A stretch of DNA of 64,000 nucleotides from assembly GCF_009914755.1 (NCBI RefSeq), contig NC_060941.1; one strand, given 5' to 3'. Origin of the DNA: the human T2T-CHM13v2.0 reference genome, Homo sapiens. A program made the translations under genes and the position numbers. The notes beneath the pieces were generated by a model. The model was not told where the DNA came from, did no database searches, and saw only the letters and a program-made list of their open reading frames with translations. Each line of letters starts with the position of its first letter. Position 1 is the first letter of the stretch. This document shows, in pieces, positions 1 to 14,039 of this stretch.

Positions 1-225
1 AATTCTTTCGATTGACAGTCTACAATGACAGCAGTGAGGAGAGGCAGAGTGCAAAAGGAAAATCAGACTCTTGGCCCGAGGACAGGGAAGGGATGATGCT
101 GTTTAACATACCCAGTTGTTGACCAGGCTCTTTAATCAGTGACATCAAAGACCCCACCTTGATCGATTTGCCAGGGTTCTACTTACTGATTTAGTGTGTT
201 TCCTGGCATTCAAAGTAGTCCATTC

Positions 226-879
<654 letters not shown>

Positions 880-962
880 CCAGAGAAGTCCATTTTTATC
901 TCTTACCTATCCAGTTGGCTCCTATGAATCCATCCCTGAATTATATTTTATCTGTTTCTCCT

Positions 963-1094
963 TTTTAATTTATTTAAACTTGATTTAAGAGACAGTGTCT
1001 TACTCTGTTGCCCAGGCTGGAGTGCAGTGGCGTGGGTCGTAGCTCACTGTATGCTCAACTTCCTGGGCTCAAATGATCCACCCATCTAGGCCTC
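963..1094 (-). mobile_element. Truncated AluJ/FLAM-type fragment
   Basis: gagacagtgtcttactctgttgcccaggctggagtgcagtgg...ctcaaatgatccacc. Confidence 0.8.
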
Positions 1095-1409
1095 TTGCTT
1101 TTTAAATTTCTGTATCTTAATTATAGTCTGCTTCTCTAGCCTCGACTTTTGCAGGGACTCCTTTCTTTGTATTCTTGCCCTTAGCCTCTTCTTCCTCTGA
1201 CTTCCCGCAACACAGCCCAGACCATATTTTTGAATACATGGACTGAAGAATGTAATTTTCCTTTTTTTCAAGTTTTGTTCTGTGGGGAAAAAAATCCTAG
1301 CACTGTTGGAAATACTGCATACTATAAATTTATCTTAGAAATTTACAATCTATATTTGTATTTACGGCTCTAAGAAGTTCTGCAGTTAAGAAAACTCGTG
1401 ATCATTTGT

Positions 1410-2010
1410 ATCTCTTGGATTGCTTTCGGTTATAATAACAGATGTCATAATTCAGAGTGGCTTAAACAATAAGGGAACTTTTATTCCAGGATGATAGGGC
1501 ATCCAAAGGTAGGAGGAGTCCAGGTGTCTTGTGATTAAGTCACTTGCTGTCTTTCTCTCCATTTTTCTTCGCTTTGCCTTCATCTGTGTCTTGGCTTGTT
1601 TCCCTGTCAAAATACAGGTGTTTGCAGCAATTAGGGTGATTTGCCTCCACGTTCACAAACCAAAGAGGAGACAAAGAAGCAGCCCAAGTGGTCCTGATCA
1701 TGGAATAAGAGCGCTTTCCTCTAGTCTAGGCCAATTTATTTCACACGTTTACTATTGACCATTAACACATGCTGGAGGGAGGGGTTGCAGAGGGCTGATG
1801 GTGCCCATGCTTCTGTCTTTGAAGCCAGAAAGTAGGATTATGATGACTGGCTTAGATCCATCAAGACCCCATCTGGAGTTGGACGTGGGGATAGCCTCGC
1901 CTAAGTCAGGAGACCTTCATGGCGAAGGGATGGGTACCTGGGCAAATCAGAGTTTTCATGGGAAGGAAGGAGGAGGAAAGTATTCAAGTAAACAGCCAAC
2001 ACTATCCACT
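1410..2010 (-). mobile_element. Old MaLR LTR remnant (MLT1 family)
   Basis: gctttcggttataataacaga...agtggcttaaacaataagggaacttttatt resembles an antisense MLT1 start. Boundaries are approximate. Confidence 0.55.
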
Positions 2011-2410
2011 GTGACTTGGTTTAAGCCAGCATTTTGAGTGTGAATACTGTTTTTCATGGGATACCCATTCTTCAAACTAGAGTTTGTAGGATGTGTCATG
2101 GAGATTGTTCTTCAATGAAGTTCAAGTATTCCCCTTTAGCATTCAACACTTTGACCTTTGATTAAGCTATTGCCTCTCCTTTCCATTTATCGAAACTGTT
2201 CTTTCAGATTCAAGAGTGCTGGTTCACACTGAGGTATAAAACTTGGTGTATTGTATTCTAGTTATACTTCTGCACACATCTGTCTCTGGTACTAATCTAT
2301 AAATCCCTAGCACAGTGTCTGGAATGTAGACATAGAATAGACTCAAGAACTGTTTGTCAAATTCATTCCTAGAGTGCAATTCAGACATCCCCCCTTCCTA
2401 GCTTCCTCCA

Positions 2411-2632
2411 TCATTCTTGAATGGGAATCTGGTGTCCACTATATCTGCTATGTTCTAAGTTCTCTGCTAGAAGTATGAGGGTGGTTAGAAAGCAATTAAA
2501 TATGCCACTGAAATAGAGGTGGTATCTTTGATGGTAGATGAGGTGTTCATGGCATGATGAGAATATAATTGAGTTTGGCTGTAGTGGGGGGTTGGAAGAG
2601 GATCCTAGAACTGAGACCTGAAGGGGGAAGCA
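2411..2632 (+). repeat. Copy A of a ~220-bp dispersed direct duplication (partner 3536-3757)
   Basis: Colinear, roughly 85% identical by eye. The ORFs 2411..2656 and 3536..3802 translate to near-identical peptides. Confidence 0.93.
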
Positions 2633-3179
2633 CTGTTTCTTTCTTGGTGCTTCCACAGCACTCTGCTCATTTTCTCACACCACTTATTTTTTCCTGCCTT
2701 GATTTTTAGTTGCTGTTGGTTCTGTTTTCCTGACTCTACTAGAAGCTGTGTGTCTTTGCAGGGATTGGGGTTTCTTCATCTCTGTGTCCTGACTGGTGTC
2801 CACAGTGCTTTGCAAATAGCATAAGCAGGTCTTTATCAAGAGTGTGAAGAAGACACTGTATGTGCTCCTCTAAAAAGTCTCAAAGATAGATATTTTTATG
2901 GCCCCTAAATTGAGTTTTTTCCATGCTAAATATGTGTCTGTTGGCTTATATTCATGCCTTCATAATCTCCAAGATTTTTCTGTACTAACAAGAATCTGAC
3001 TTTGGCGTTAGAATTATTAGTAGTTCCTAGTGTATTGTCTTTATCTCCAAAGCATTCTCAAGCCATACCTATGAATTGCATAGTCATATATGCTAAGAGG
3101 AGTATGTAAGACATGGCAGCTTATTGAGTACAGATGGTCCTTCGTTAAACAGATATTTACCGACCACTTAACTGGCATA

Positions 3180-3575
3180 GCTTGGGTCTCTGCAAAGCGG
3201 ATACTGAGAATAGCATGCAGCATGTTTACTAGGGAGTGCTCTTAGCATCAGTACCTGTGGAAGGGAGTGAAAAGAAGCAGGACTAGGCAGAGGGAGTTGA
3301 GCTGTGATGCAGTCTCCACAAAGGCTTCAGCTGGTTCCATGTTAGGGGTGAGTTCAGAGTTATTCTGAGTTGGGAAGAGGGGAACTGAGCCTTTTCACCT
3401 CTTCATTGATTAGCCATTGCATGTGGGCTTCCCTTGAAAGGTGGTGTGACCTTCAGCAGAGGCAGTGGCAACGGACAGATGACCAAGGGTGGCCATCTGA
3501 CAGCATTTCTACCTAGCAGAGGGGGTATAAGTCCTTTATTCCTGAAGGGAAATCTGGCGTACACTATATCTGCTG
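3180..3575 (-). mobile_element. ERVL-type solo LTR (LTR16/LTR33-like)
   Basis: agggagttgagctgtgatgcagtctccacaaaggcttcagc...agtcctttattcctgaagggaaatctggcg resembles this group as I recall it. Confidence 0.6.
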
Positions 3576-3757
3576 TGTTCTAAGTCCTCTGCTAGAAGTA
3601 TGAGGGTGGTTAGAAAGCAATTATATACGCCTTTACAATTGAGGTGGTATCTTTGATGGTAAATGAGGTGCTCATGGCGTGATGAGAAAATAGTTGAGTT
3701 TGGTTGTAGTGGGGGCTTGGAAGAAAGTCCTAGAACTGAGACCTGAAGGGGAAAGCA
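3536..3757 (+). repeat. Copy B (probable donor) of the ~220-bp direct duplication
   Basis: Begins inside the end of the LTR at 3180-3575 and runs into flanking sequence. Confidence 0.93.
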
Positions 3758-4099
3758 TGTTAGCAGGCTAAGGAAAGTGGGAATGGCAGGTGTGATTGCC
3801 AAGGGATATAGAGTATGTCTCTTTTAAGAAAGTAAAATAAATTCTTCATGTTGGGAATATCATTGGGAGTTGGGGTGAGGCTTGCAAATAGGATGACCAT
3901 CTAATGTATTATACAAACTGGGGCCATTTCTGAGAGTGATCATGTAATTAATAATGCTGGGGACAGCAAGTGAAAACCTGGGTGAATTGTATGGTCACCC
4001 TACTTATAAGACATGGTTGTGCAGATTTGGATTCCATCTGAGAACCAATGGTAAATTACTGAGTGGCCACTTGACATCTCCCCATAGTTTTTGGTTATG

Positions 4100-4765
4100 A
4101 GCATGGATTCTGATGTCAGATTCCCATAGGTGCATATTTTGGCTCTATCACTTGCTAGTTGTAAAACCATGGACAAGCCCATTTAGGTTTTGTCAGCCTC
4201 AATTTTCTTATCTGCAAAATGCAGATAGCAATAAATCTATCTTATGTTCAAAGATAAACTTAGACACATTTACATTTTCATGACTTTATTTGAGCATTTA
4301 GGGATTCATGAATTGGGCAGCACCAGACCACCAGTGGTTCAGGGCTCTGTTGATAGGGGGTAAGAGGGAAACTTTTATAAGGTGTCGTGGAAGCAAAACA
4401 AAAAATATTTGATTGATTGAAGTGGAAAGTCTGGTTAGAGGTAAGTTTCTGTTTCTTGCTTGGTAAAGTAGTCTCTAGTTAGAGATTTGTTGGTGATTTC
4501 AGATTGGTTGAGCTTAAGTTTCATTTTGCAGCTTATATTGGGTTGAGTTTCAGTTTGCTTACATAGGAACCCAAGGCACAGGAACCATGTCGTCTCAGCC
4601 TAATGGCCTCCTAATTAATTTTATTGACACTTATGTGCATTAATACACATAAAGTGGAATTGAAGCATTGAATCGGAGCAGTGCTGAGCAGAGAGGAGGG
4701 CTGAGGAATAGTTCCTGGGACAGAGTAAGTCCTCAGTGACTGTGAATTGCCATTGTTATTATTTT
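4100..4765 (+). mobile_element. MIR, interrupted by an LTR and by a 56-bp templated insertion
   Basis: MIR core agcctcaattttcttatctgcaaaatg and MIR tail agttcctgggacagagtaagtcctcagt...ttattatt. Confidence 0.7.
4245..4629 (-). mobile_element. ERV1-class solo LTR (MER92/MER57-like)
   Basis: TG...CA ends with a 4-bp target duplication ctta (4241-4244 and 4630-4633). Confidence 0.75.
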
Positions 4766-4842
4766 AAATGGGAATAGCAAGGTCAGGCTTGGGTTTTAAG
4801 GTGATCACCCAGCATCCAGAGGGGAGAACCAGATGTAGAGGA

Positions 4843-7142
4843 TGTATTTGTCTGTTCTCACACTGTTACTAAACACACACCCAAGACTGGATAATTTATA
4901 AAGGAAAGAGATTTAATTGACTCACAGTTCCACATGGCTGGGGAGGCCTCACAATCATGGCGGAAGGCAAAGGAGAAGCAAAGGCATGTCTTACATGGTG
5001 GCAGGCAAGGGAGTACGTATAGGGGAATTCCTCTTTATAAAACTATCAGATCTTGTGAGACTTAGTCACTATCACAAGCACAGCATGGGAAAGACCCATC
5101 CCCATAATTCAGTTACCTGCTACACTGGGTCCCTCTCGCAACATGTGAGAATTATGGGAGCTACAATTCAAGATGAGATTTGGGTGGGGACACAGCCAAG
5201 CCATATTATTCCACCCCTGACCCCTCCCAAATCTCATGTCCTCACATTTCAAAACCAACCATGCCTTCCCAACAGTCCCCCAAAGTCTTAACTCATTTCA
5301 GCATTAACTCAGAAGTCCACAGTCTAAAGTCTCATCTGAGACAAGGCAAGTCTCTTCTGCCTATGAGCCTGTAAAACCAAAATCAAGTTAGTTACTTCCC
5401 AGATACAATGGTTACAATGTGGATACAGGCATTGGGTAAATACACCCATTCCAAATGGGAGAAATTGACCAAGACAAAAAGGCTACAGGCCTCATGCAAG
5501 TCTGAAATCCAGTAGGGCAGTTATTAAACCTTAAAGTTCCAAAATGATTTCCTTTGACTCCATGTCTCACATTCAGGGGACACTGATGCAACAGGTGGGC
5601 TCCCACAACCTGGGGCAGCTCCGCCCTTGTGGATTTGCAGGCTACAGTCCCACTTCTGGCTGCTTTCATGGGCTAGCATTGAGTGCAGCTTTTCCAGACG
5701 CATGGTACAAGCGGTCAGTGGATCTTCCATTCTGGGTTCTGGATGACGGTGGCCCTCTTCTCACAGATCCACTAGACAGTGCCCCAGTGGGCACTCTGTG
5801 TGGGGCTCGAACCCCACATTTCCCTTCCATACTGCCCTAGCAGAGGTTCTCTGTGAATGCCCTGTCACTGCAGCAGACTTCTGCCTGGACATCCAAGCAT
5901 TTCCATACATCCTCTGAAATCTAGGAGGAGGTTTTCAAACGTCAGTTCTTGACTTCTGTGCACCCACGGGCTCAATACCATGTGGAGGCTGCCAAGGCAT
6001 AGGGCTTGCATCCTCTGAAGTCACAGCCCAAGCTGTACATTGGTCTCTTTTAGCCATGGCTGGGATGCAGGGAACCAAGTCCTGAGACTGCGCAAAGGAG
6101 TACGAACCTGAGTCTGCCTCACAAAATCATTTTTTCCTCCTAGGCTTCCATGCCCATGATAGGAGGGACTGTCATGAAGACCTCTGATATGCCCTGGGGA
6201 CATTTTCTCCATTGTCTTGGTGATTAAGATTTGGCTCCTCGTTACTTATGCTAATTTCTGCAGGCAGCTTGAATTTCTCCTCAGAAGATGTGTTTTTCTT
6301 TTCTCTTGCATCATGAGGCTGCAAATTTTCTGAACTTTTATGCTCTGCTTCTCTTTTAAACGTAAGTTTCAATTCCAAACCATGTCTTTGTGAATACATA
6401 AAACTGAATGCTTTTAACAGCACCCAGGTTACCTCTTGAATGCTTTGCTGCTTAGAAATTTATTCTGTCAGATGCACTAAATCATCTCTATCAAGTTTAA
6501 AGTTTCACAGATCTCTAGGGCAGGGGCAAAATGCTATGAGTCTCTTTGCTAAAACACAGCACGAGTCACCTTTATTCCAGTTCCCAACAGGTTCTTCATC
6601 TCCATCTGAGATGAACAGCATTTGGTCAAAGCCATTCAACAAGTCTCTAGGAAGTTCCAAACTTTCCCACATCTTTCTGTCCTCTTCTGAGTCCTCCAGA
6701 CTGTTCCAGTTCTGCCTGTTACCCAGTTCCAAAGTCACTTCCACATTTTCAGGTATCTTTACAGCAGAGCCCCACTCCCGGTACCAATTTACTATATTAA
6801 TCTGTTCTCACACTGCTAATAAAGACATACCCAAAGGAAAGAGGTTTAATTGACTCACAGTTCCACATGACTGGGGAGGCCTCACAATCATTGTGGAAGG
6901 TAAAGGAGAAGCAAAAGCGTGTCTTACACGGCAGCAGACAAGAGAGCTTGTGCAGGGAACTCCCCTTTATAAAATAATTTCTTCAGACCTCATGAAACTT
7001 ATTCACTATGACAAGAACAACATGGGAAAGACCTGCCCCATGATTCAATTACCTCCCATCAGGTTTCTCCCTTGACACTTGGGAATTATGGGAGCTACAA
7101 TCCAAGATGAGATTTGGGTGGGGACACAGCCAAACCATATCA
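4843..7142 (-). mobile_element. Near full-length THE1 (C/D-like) MaLR element: LTR 4843-5208, internal 5209-6792, LTR 6793-7142
   Basis: Two homologous LTRs end in gggtggggacacagccaa(g/a)ccatat. The internal ORF remnants (MEVTLELGNRQNWNSLEDSEEDRKMWESLELPRDLLNGFDQ) are typical of THE1-int. 5-bp TSD gagga/gggga. Confidence 0.93.
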
Positions 7143-8268
7143 GGGGAGAAGACTGGTGCCAGAGTGACTAGGTAGGATGTGATACACTCAACCAGGAGAC
7201 TAATTACGCAGTCAAAGTGAGATAATGGTCATCTAGATCAGATTTGTGGCCATGAGGAAAGGAGCCATGGAAGGGTTTCAGAGATAAAGGCCATGGTGGA
7301 ACTTGCGGGAGCAGTGGGAGATAAAGCTGCTGCTGGGGTTGGTGCTTGGGCAAAGGGTGCTTGTGCCAGTCACTGAGAAGGAGCCTGTGAGAAATGCAAG
7401 GAGAGAAACCCAACAGGCAGGTGGGATGAGGGGCTGGAGCCTGGGAGGGAGATCTAGGGGATGGTGGTGAGGAATCATCAGCAGGGGGGTGGAACTGAAG
7501 CATTTAATCAGGGCAGTGCTGAGCAGAGAGGAGGGCTGAGGAATGGCCTGTGGGGCATTAGAAAGTACTAGATGTTGTGGAAGTAAAGGGAAAATACTGG
7601 TAGCTCCCATTTAGCTTAGAGTGTCACCCATAAGGGAAATCCTTGTTTGACCCACTGTGTTAGTTTCCCAGAGCTGCCATAACAAATCACCACAAACTGG
7701 GTGGCTTAAAACAAACAGAAGTTTATTCTTGCACAGTTCTGCAGGATAGAAGTTTGAAATCAAGGTGTCACCAAGGCTGTGCTCTCTGAAGAATCTAGGG
7801 GAGAATCTCTTCCATGCTGGTTTAGGATAAGGAATATCTTATCTTGGTTCCCAGTTTCTGGCACAAAGCTTCAAACATCTTTGGAATATCTTCAGTGATA
7901 GGAGTCTCTTTATTATGCTAATATGGTGACTCATAATGGGGCGATAGAAAGCTTGAGGATGAGGGCTGGTCACCAGAAAGGACAACCATGTGACAAATGG
8001 GTTAGAACTTTGAGTCACCCCAACTTCTGGGGAGGGGAGAAGTGGAGATCGAGCTCAGTCCTGTGGCCACTGACTTAATCAATCATGCATATGGGATGAG
8101 ATCTCTGGACATTGAAGCTCAGTAGGGCTTTCCAGTTGGTGAGAGCACATTGATGTGCTAGGAGGGTGATGCACCTGCAATTCCACGAGGAATCCCCTGC
8201 TCTCCACCCCAGACCTTTCCCTGTCTATGTATCTCTTTCACTTGGTTGTTTCTCACTTGTATCATATA

Positions 8269-9144
<876 letters not shown>

Positions 9145-10621
9145 TTAGTGTCAGCATTGAGTTGAATTTTAGGACACCCAGTTGATGTCAGAGAACAGTA
9201 TTGGAACAGGCATACCTTTCTTTTAGTTTCCGGTGTCAGCAGCAATCCTTAGTTTTGTTTGGCTTATAGGCACATTCCTCCAGTATCTGCCCCTGTCATC
9301 ATGCGTGTTCTCCCTCTGTATCTCTGCGTCCCTTCTCCTCCTCTTAAAAGGGCATATATTGGATTAAGGGTCTACCCTACTTCCACTACAACCTTCTCTT
9401 AACTAATTATATCTGTGATAACAATGCTGTTTCCAACTGTATTCACATTCTCAGGTTCCTGTGGTCAGGACACCATAACTTCTGGGGGACACAATTGAAC
9501 CCACAGGGCCCACGAAGCACACATTTCTCATTCAACAAAGAGTATTTTTTTCTGCCTGCTTTGTGCCAAGGTCAGGGGTGGGGAACATGAGGCAAACAAA
9601 CATGAGTAAGTCTAATAATCTTACCCTCGAGGGGCTTATATTCCAGTAGGAAAAATAAGATTTATAAACACACTGCTGATATTTGAGGCTGGTTTTTACT
9701 TATGCCCTAAGATAGTATGAGATGCTAGAATAATTGGGAGGCCAGAAATATCACGTATGGCTTGAGTAATCAGCCAGAATTCAAGGAACAAAAGGTGATT
9801 TCGGTTGGACTTCGGAAGGACGCATGGGATTTCGACAGATGGAGATGAGGGAAAAATACAAGGGAAGATTTAAGCTAGCAAAGTACACTAAAGCAAAGGG
9901 GACATGCAAATCTAAGACCTGGATCTAGATGTGTATAGAATTTACTCCTCGAAACATTACTAACGCATTAAATAGATTGTGAGACATCTATAGATGAATT
10001 TTACCTGAATCAGATCCAAATGCAGCAATATGCAGCCACCTCCAAGACACGCTGACAGGGGAACAGAGCAAGATGCTCAACATGTTATATGTATTTGACC
10101 TAATTTCTGTAAAGAGAAATAATTTCTGTATGGTGGATAAATAGGTTCACAAACACACGTGGTTAACATGCTCACAAGTGCATAGAAGATCTCTGGAAGA
10201 ATATAAAAAGTTGTGAACAGTGCTTCTCAACTGGGGAACAGGGAAGAGAAGCAGACTGCATTTCTTACTGAATGCATGAGCTACTTTCAACTCTTTTTTT
10301 AAACAAGCTACTCTTTGAACTGACCTTACTTTGGCATTTTGAAATACCTTATTTCCCTTAACAACTTAAAAAATCACAGTCATATGGTGTTCTATAAAAG
10401 TCTCTACTTATCTGGAGTATTGCCTTTATTGATCCACCCACTCAGCAATGGCAGGTCCCATGCACACATGCAAGGGCCTTGGAGTAATTGGACCTTGGTT
10501 TACTCAGCTCCATTACTTCTCACTGTTGGCCAATGCTGCAGTCAGGCCAGTCTCCTTAGAGCTGCTTTGCACCGTCCTGCCCACGCTATGTTTTATGTTT
10601 TGAATTTGCTTTGCATGTTCT

Positions 10622-11189
10622 GTTTCTAATCTCCTGCCCTGGGTGGGAGTGGAAGAGGGTGAGGAGAGTCGGGAAGGAAATTGAACGGTTTTCTCACAAC
10701 AGTCTGACCCTATCAGTCAACCACGATTCAAGAATATTTACACTTTAAGATATGTGAAAAGTTAAAGGAGGTTTTTTGTTTTTTTTTTTTAGAAAGATAA
10801 AGAGCAAATCAAAAGTAAAAATAAGGAGACAGCAGGAGATAAGAAGGAAGAGAGAAAAACAAGAGGAGTACCTCAGTGGAGGAGTGTGCCAGATAGACAT
10901 GAAAAGTTAAAACCACTAACAGTGTTTGTTATATGTAATGTAGGGTGCAATATATGTATGCTTGTCTGTATGCACATAAACATGCATATATATGCATACA
11001 AATACATACATTTCTATCTGCATATGAGCTTCCTTGTCTTTCACTGTGACTTCTATTCAAGTAAAGAATTAATCTGTATCTGCTCCAGGTACAGAAAAGT
11101 TACAAAAAACCAGCTTGAGAGATGGATGCTCAGTAACAGGAATGGATGTGTGACTTGGCACGTCCCCCACCACACAAAGAGAGTGTATC
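10622..11189. repeat. Left arm of a ~570-bp inverted duplication of non-TE-looking sequence
   Basis: Reverse complement of 11627-12493 once the Alu is removed. About 85-90% identical in the stretches compared by eye. Confidence 0.95.
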
Positions 11190-11449
11190 TTTCAGATTCT
11201 GATACACTCTCCTTGGGTGGTGGGAGGCATGTTTATGTGCATATATACAAGGATACATATATTGCACCCCACATCACATATAACCATGTGGGCAAATTAT
11301 TCCCAGGCTGCTGCAGGCTGGCATTTCTCCTGGCTCACGGTGAGTACCAGTGTGGAACTGGGACACACGTAGTCCAACTGTCTGCCGTCGTGACTCATTG
11401 CCCCCTTCGACCTCACCTTCTTGGTGTTATATTTCGAGATTTCATCTAA

Positions 11450-12493
<1,044 letters not shown>

Positions 12494-14039
12494 CCTGGTT
12501 TGATTTTCCTTGAACCTCCCCCACCACCTGCTTTTACTTCTCCTCTCTCCTGGCTTTAGAGAAGTGAGGACAAAAGGACTCTGCTGCAGGTTGTTCTTTT
12601 GATTTTTTTTTTTTAAAAGATTCTTGTCCTGGCTTTCCTGATTCTCCAGAGTCTCCTGGGATTTTGTAGAACAAAATAGAAGAGGGAGGAGAAGCAGGGT
12701 TCCCCTAAAGGTTATCCTGTAGGCATTTAGAATGTACAATCTCATACACGGCTGTCTACTGTATTTCCTTGCAAACATTCCGCCTCGCACTTATTCTGTG
12801 AGGGAAATAAGCAGTTTCCCCACATAGCCAATAAAAGTGTATTGTGTTCAATACTAGGAGAAATACAGAAATAGCCTTGGTGGGGTAGAAAAGGCTGGAA
12901 GCGTGAATAATAGAATATAGCACATAACAAAGAGGTAAAGACTAAAAGATCAGAAAGGATTTTGAGTGGGAGAATGTTATGATCCCTGAGGAAAATGATA
13001 GATTTTTAAACTATTATGAAATTAGAGCCCCCATGACTCCATTTTACAGGAGAGTATACCAGTCAGGAGAAGATAAGAAATTGGCTCCAAATCAAAGCAA
13101 GTAAGTGGCAGACTAGAACCTAGTGGAATCCAGGAACTGCCCAGGTCCCAAATTGGCCGTTGGGTGGTATGTACATAGGTCAGATACCAACAACATGACA
13201 AGAATTGAAAACTCTCTTTCCTCTCCTTTTATTGCTTGAGAAGCTTCATGGGGGAGGTGGAACTTGAAAGTGAGCCGTTAAGAATAGTTCAGAGTTAAAT
13301 AAGGAGATGAGCAGGCAGTCTGTAGGAAGAGAACCAAGTACAGAGAGTTGGGAATAGATGTTGTGTTTCACAGTCACTGGACAGATGGAACTATTTAGAA
13401 GGAAGTGGGTATTGTGGAGGTTGGTGGAAGGTCAAATGCTGGGGAGACTGGGCTTTTAGTGGGGCTGTGGAAGCTGAGCACAGTAGTTGAGATATGGTCT
13501 GTGAGGCAGTGGGAGTTACTGAACGCAGTTGAAAGGGGAAGTGAGATTATAGGCATGGTTGATTTGGAACAGTACCTTAGTTGCAGTATGCAGGGTGGAT
13601 TGAAAAAGGGGAGCCTGCCATGAAGGAAGCCAACAAAGAAAATGTCAAGTAGAAGGCAGATCTGTTTGAGCCTCTTGGTTTTTAGGCATATTTGGGTGGT
13701 GAGAAATGGTTTTCTCTGCTCCTCAGCACTCTTCTTTTATTCATCTTGAAGCTATAAACTTGAGCAAAGAAGGTGACCTTCTCCAGTTGAGAAGGTATAA
13801 AACTAACCATACACACCCCTGCTAAAACTGCCACACAAGCTTTTAGGACAAAATCAGTGGACACTTAAATTAATTTGAGTGGAATATGATGAGGAATTAT
13901 ATTAGGGTAGGGAAAGTCATAAATCTTAAATATGATAAAAAGGATGAAAATTGGAAAGGAGCTTTAAGCTGTCATTATTTTCAGATATGATTGTTTATGT
14001 AAACTAAAAAATTACTGCAAATGAATAATTAGAATTATT

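Noticed and set aside
4917-7075. Cluster of ORFs in the THE1 element
   Set aside because: Fragmented MaLR LTR/internal sequence with no intact ORF.
10886-11449. 187-aa ORF, the longest non-Alu ORF
   Set aside because: GTG start, low-complexity composition and no recognisable domain. It runs across the junctions of the rearrangement mosaic.
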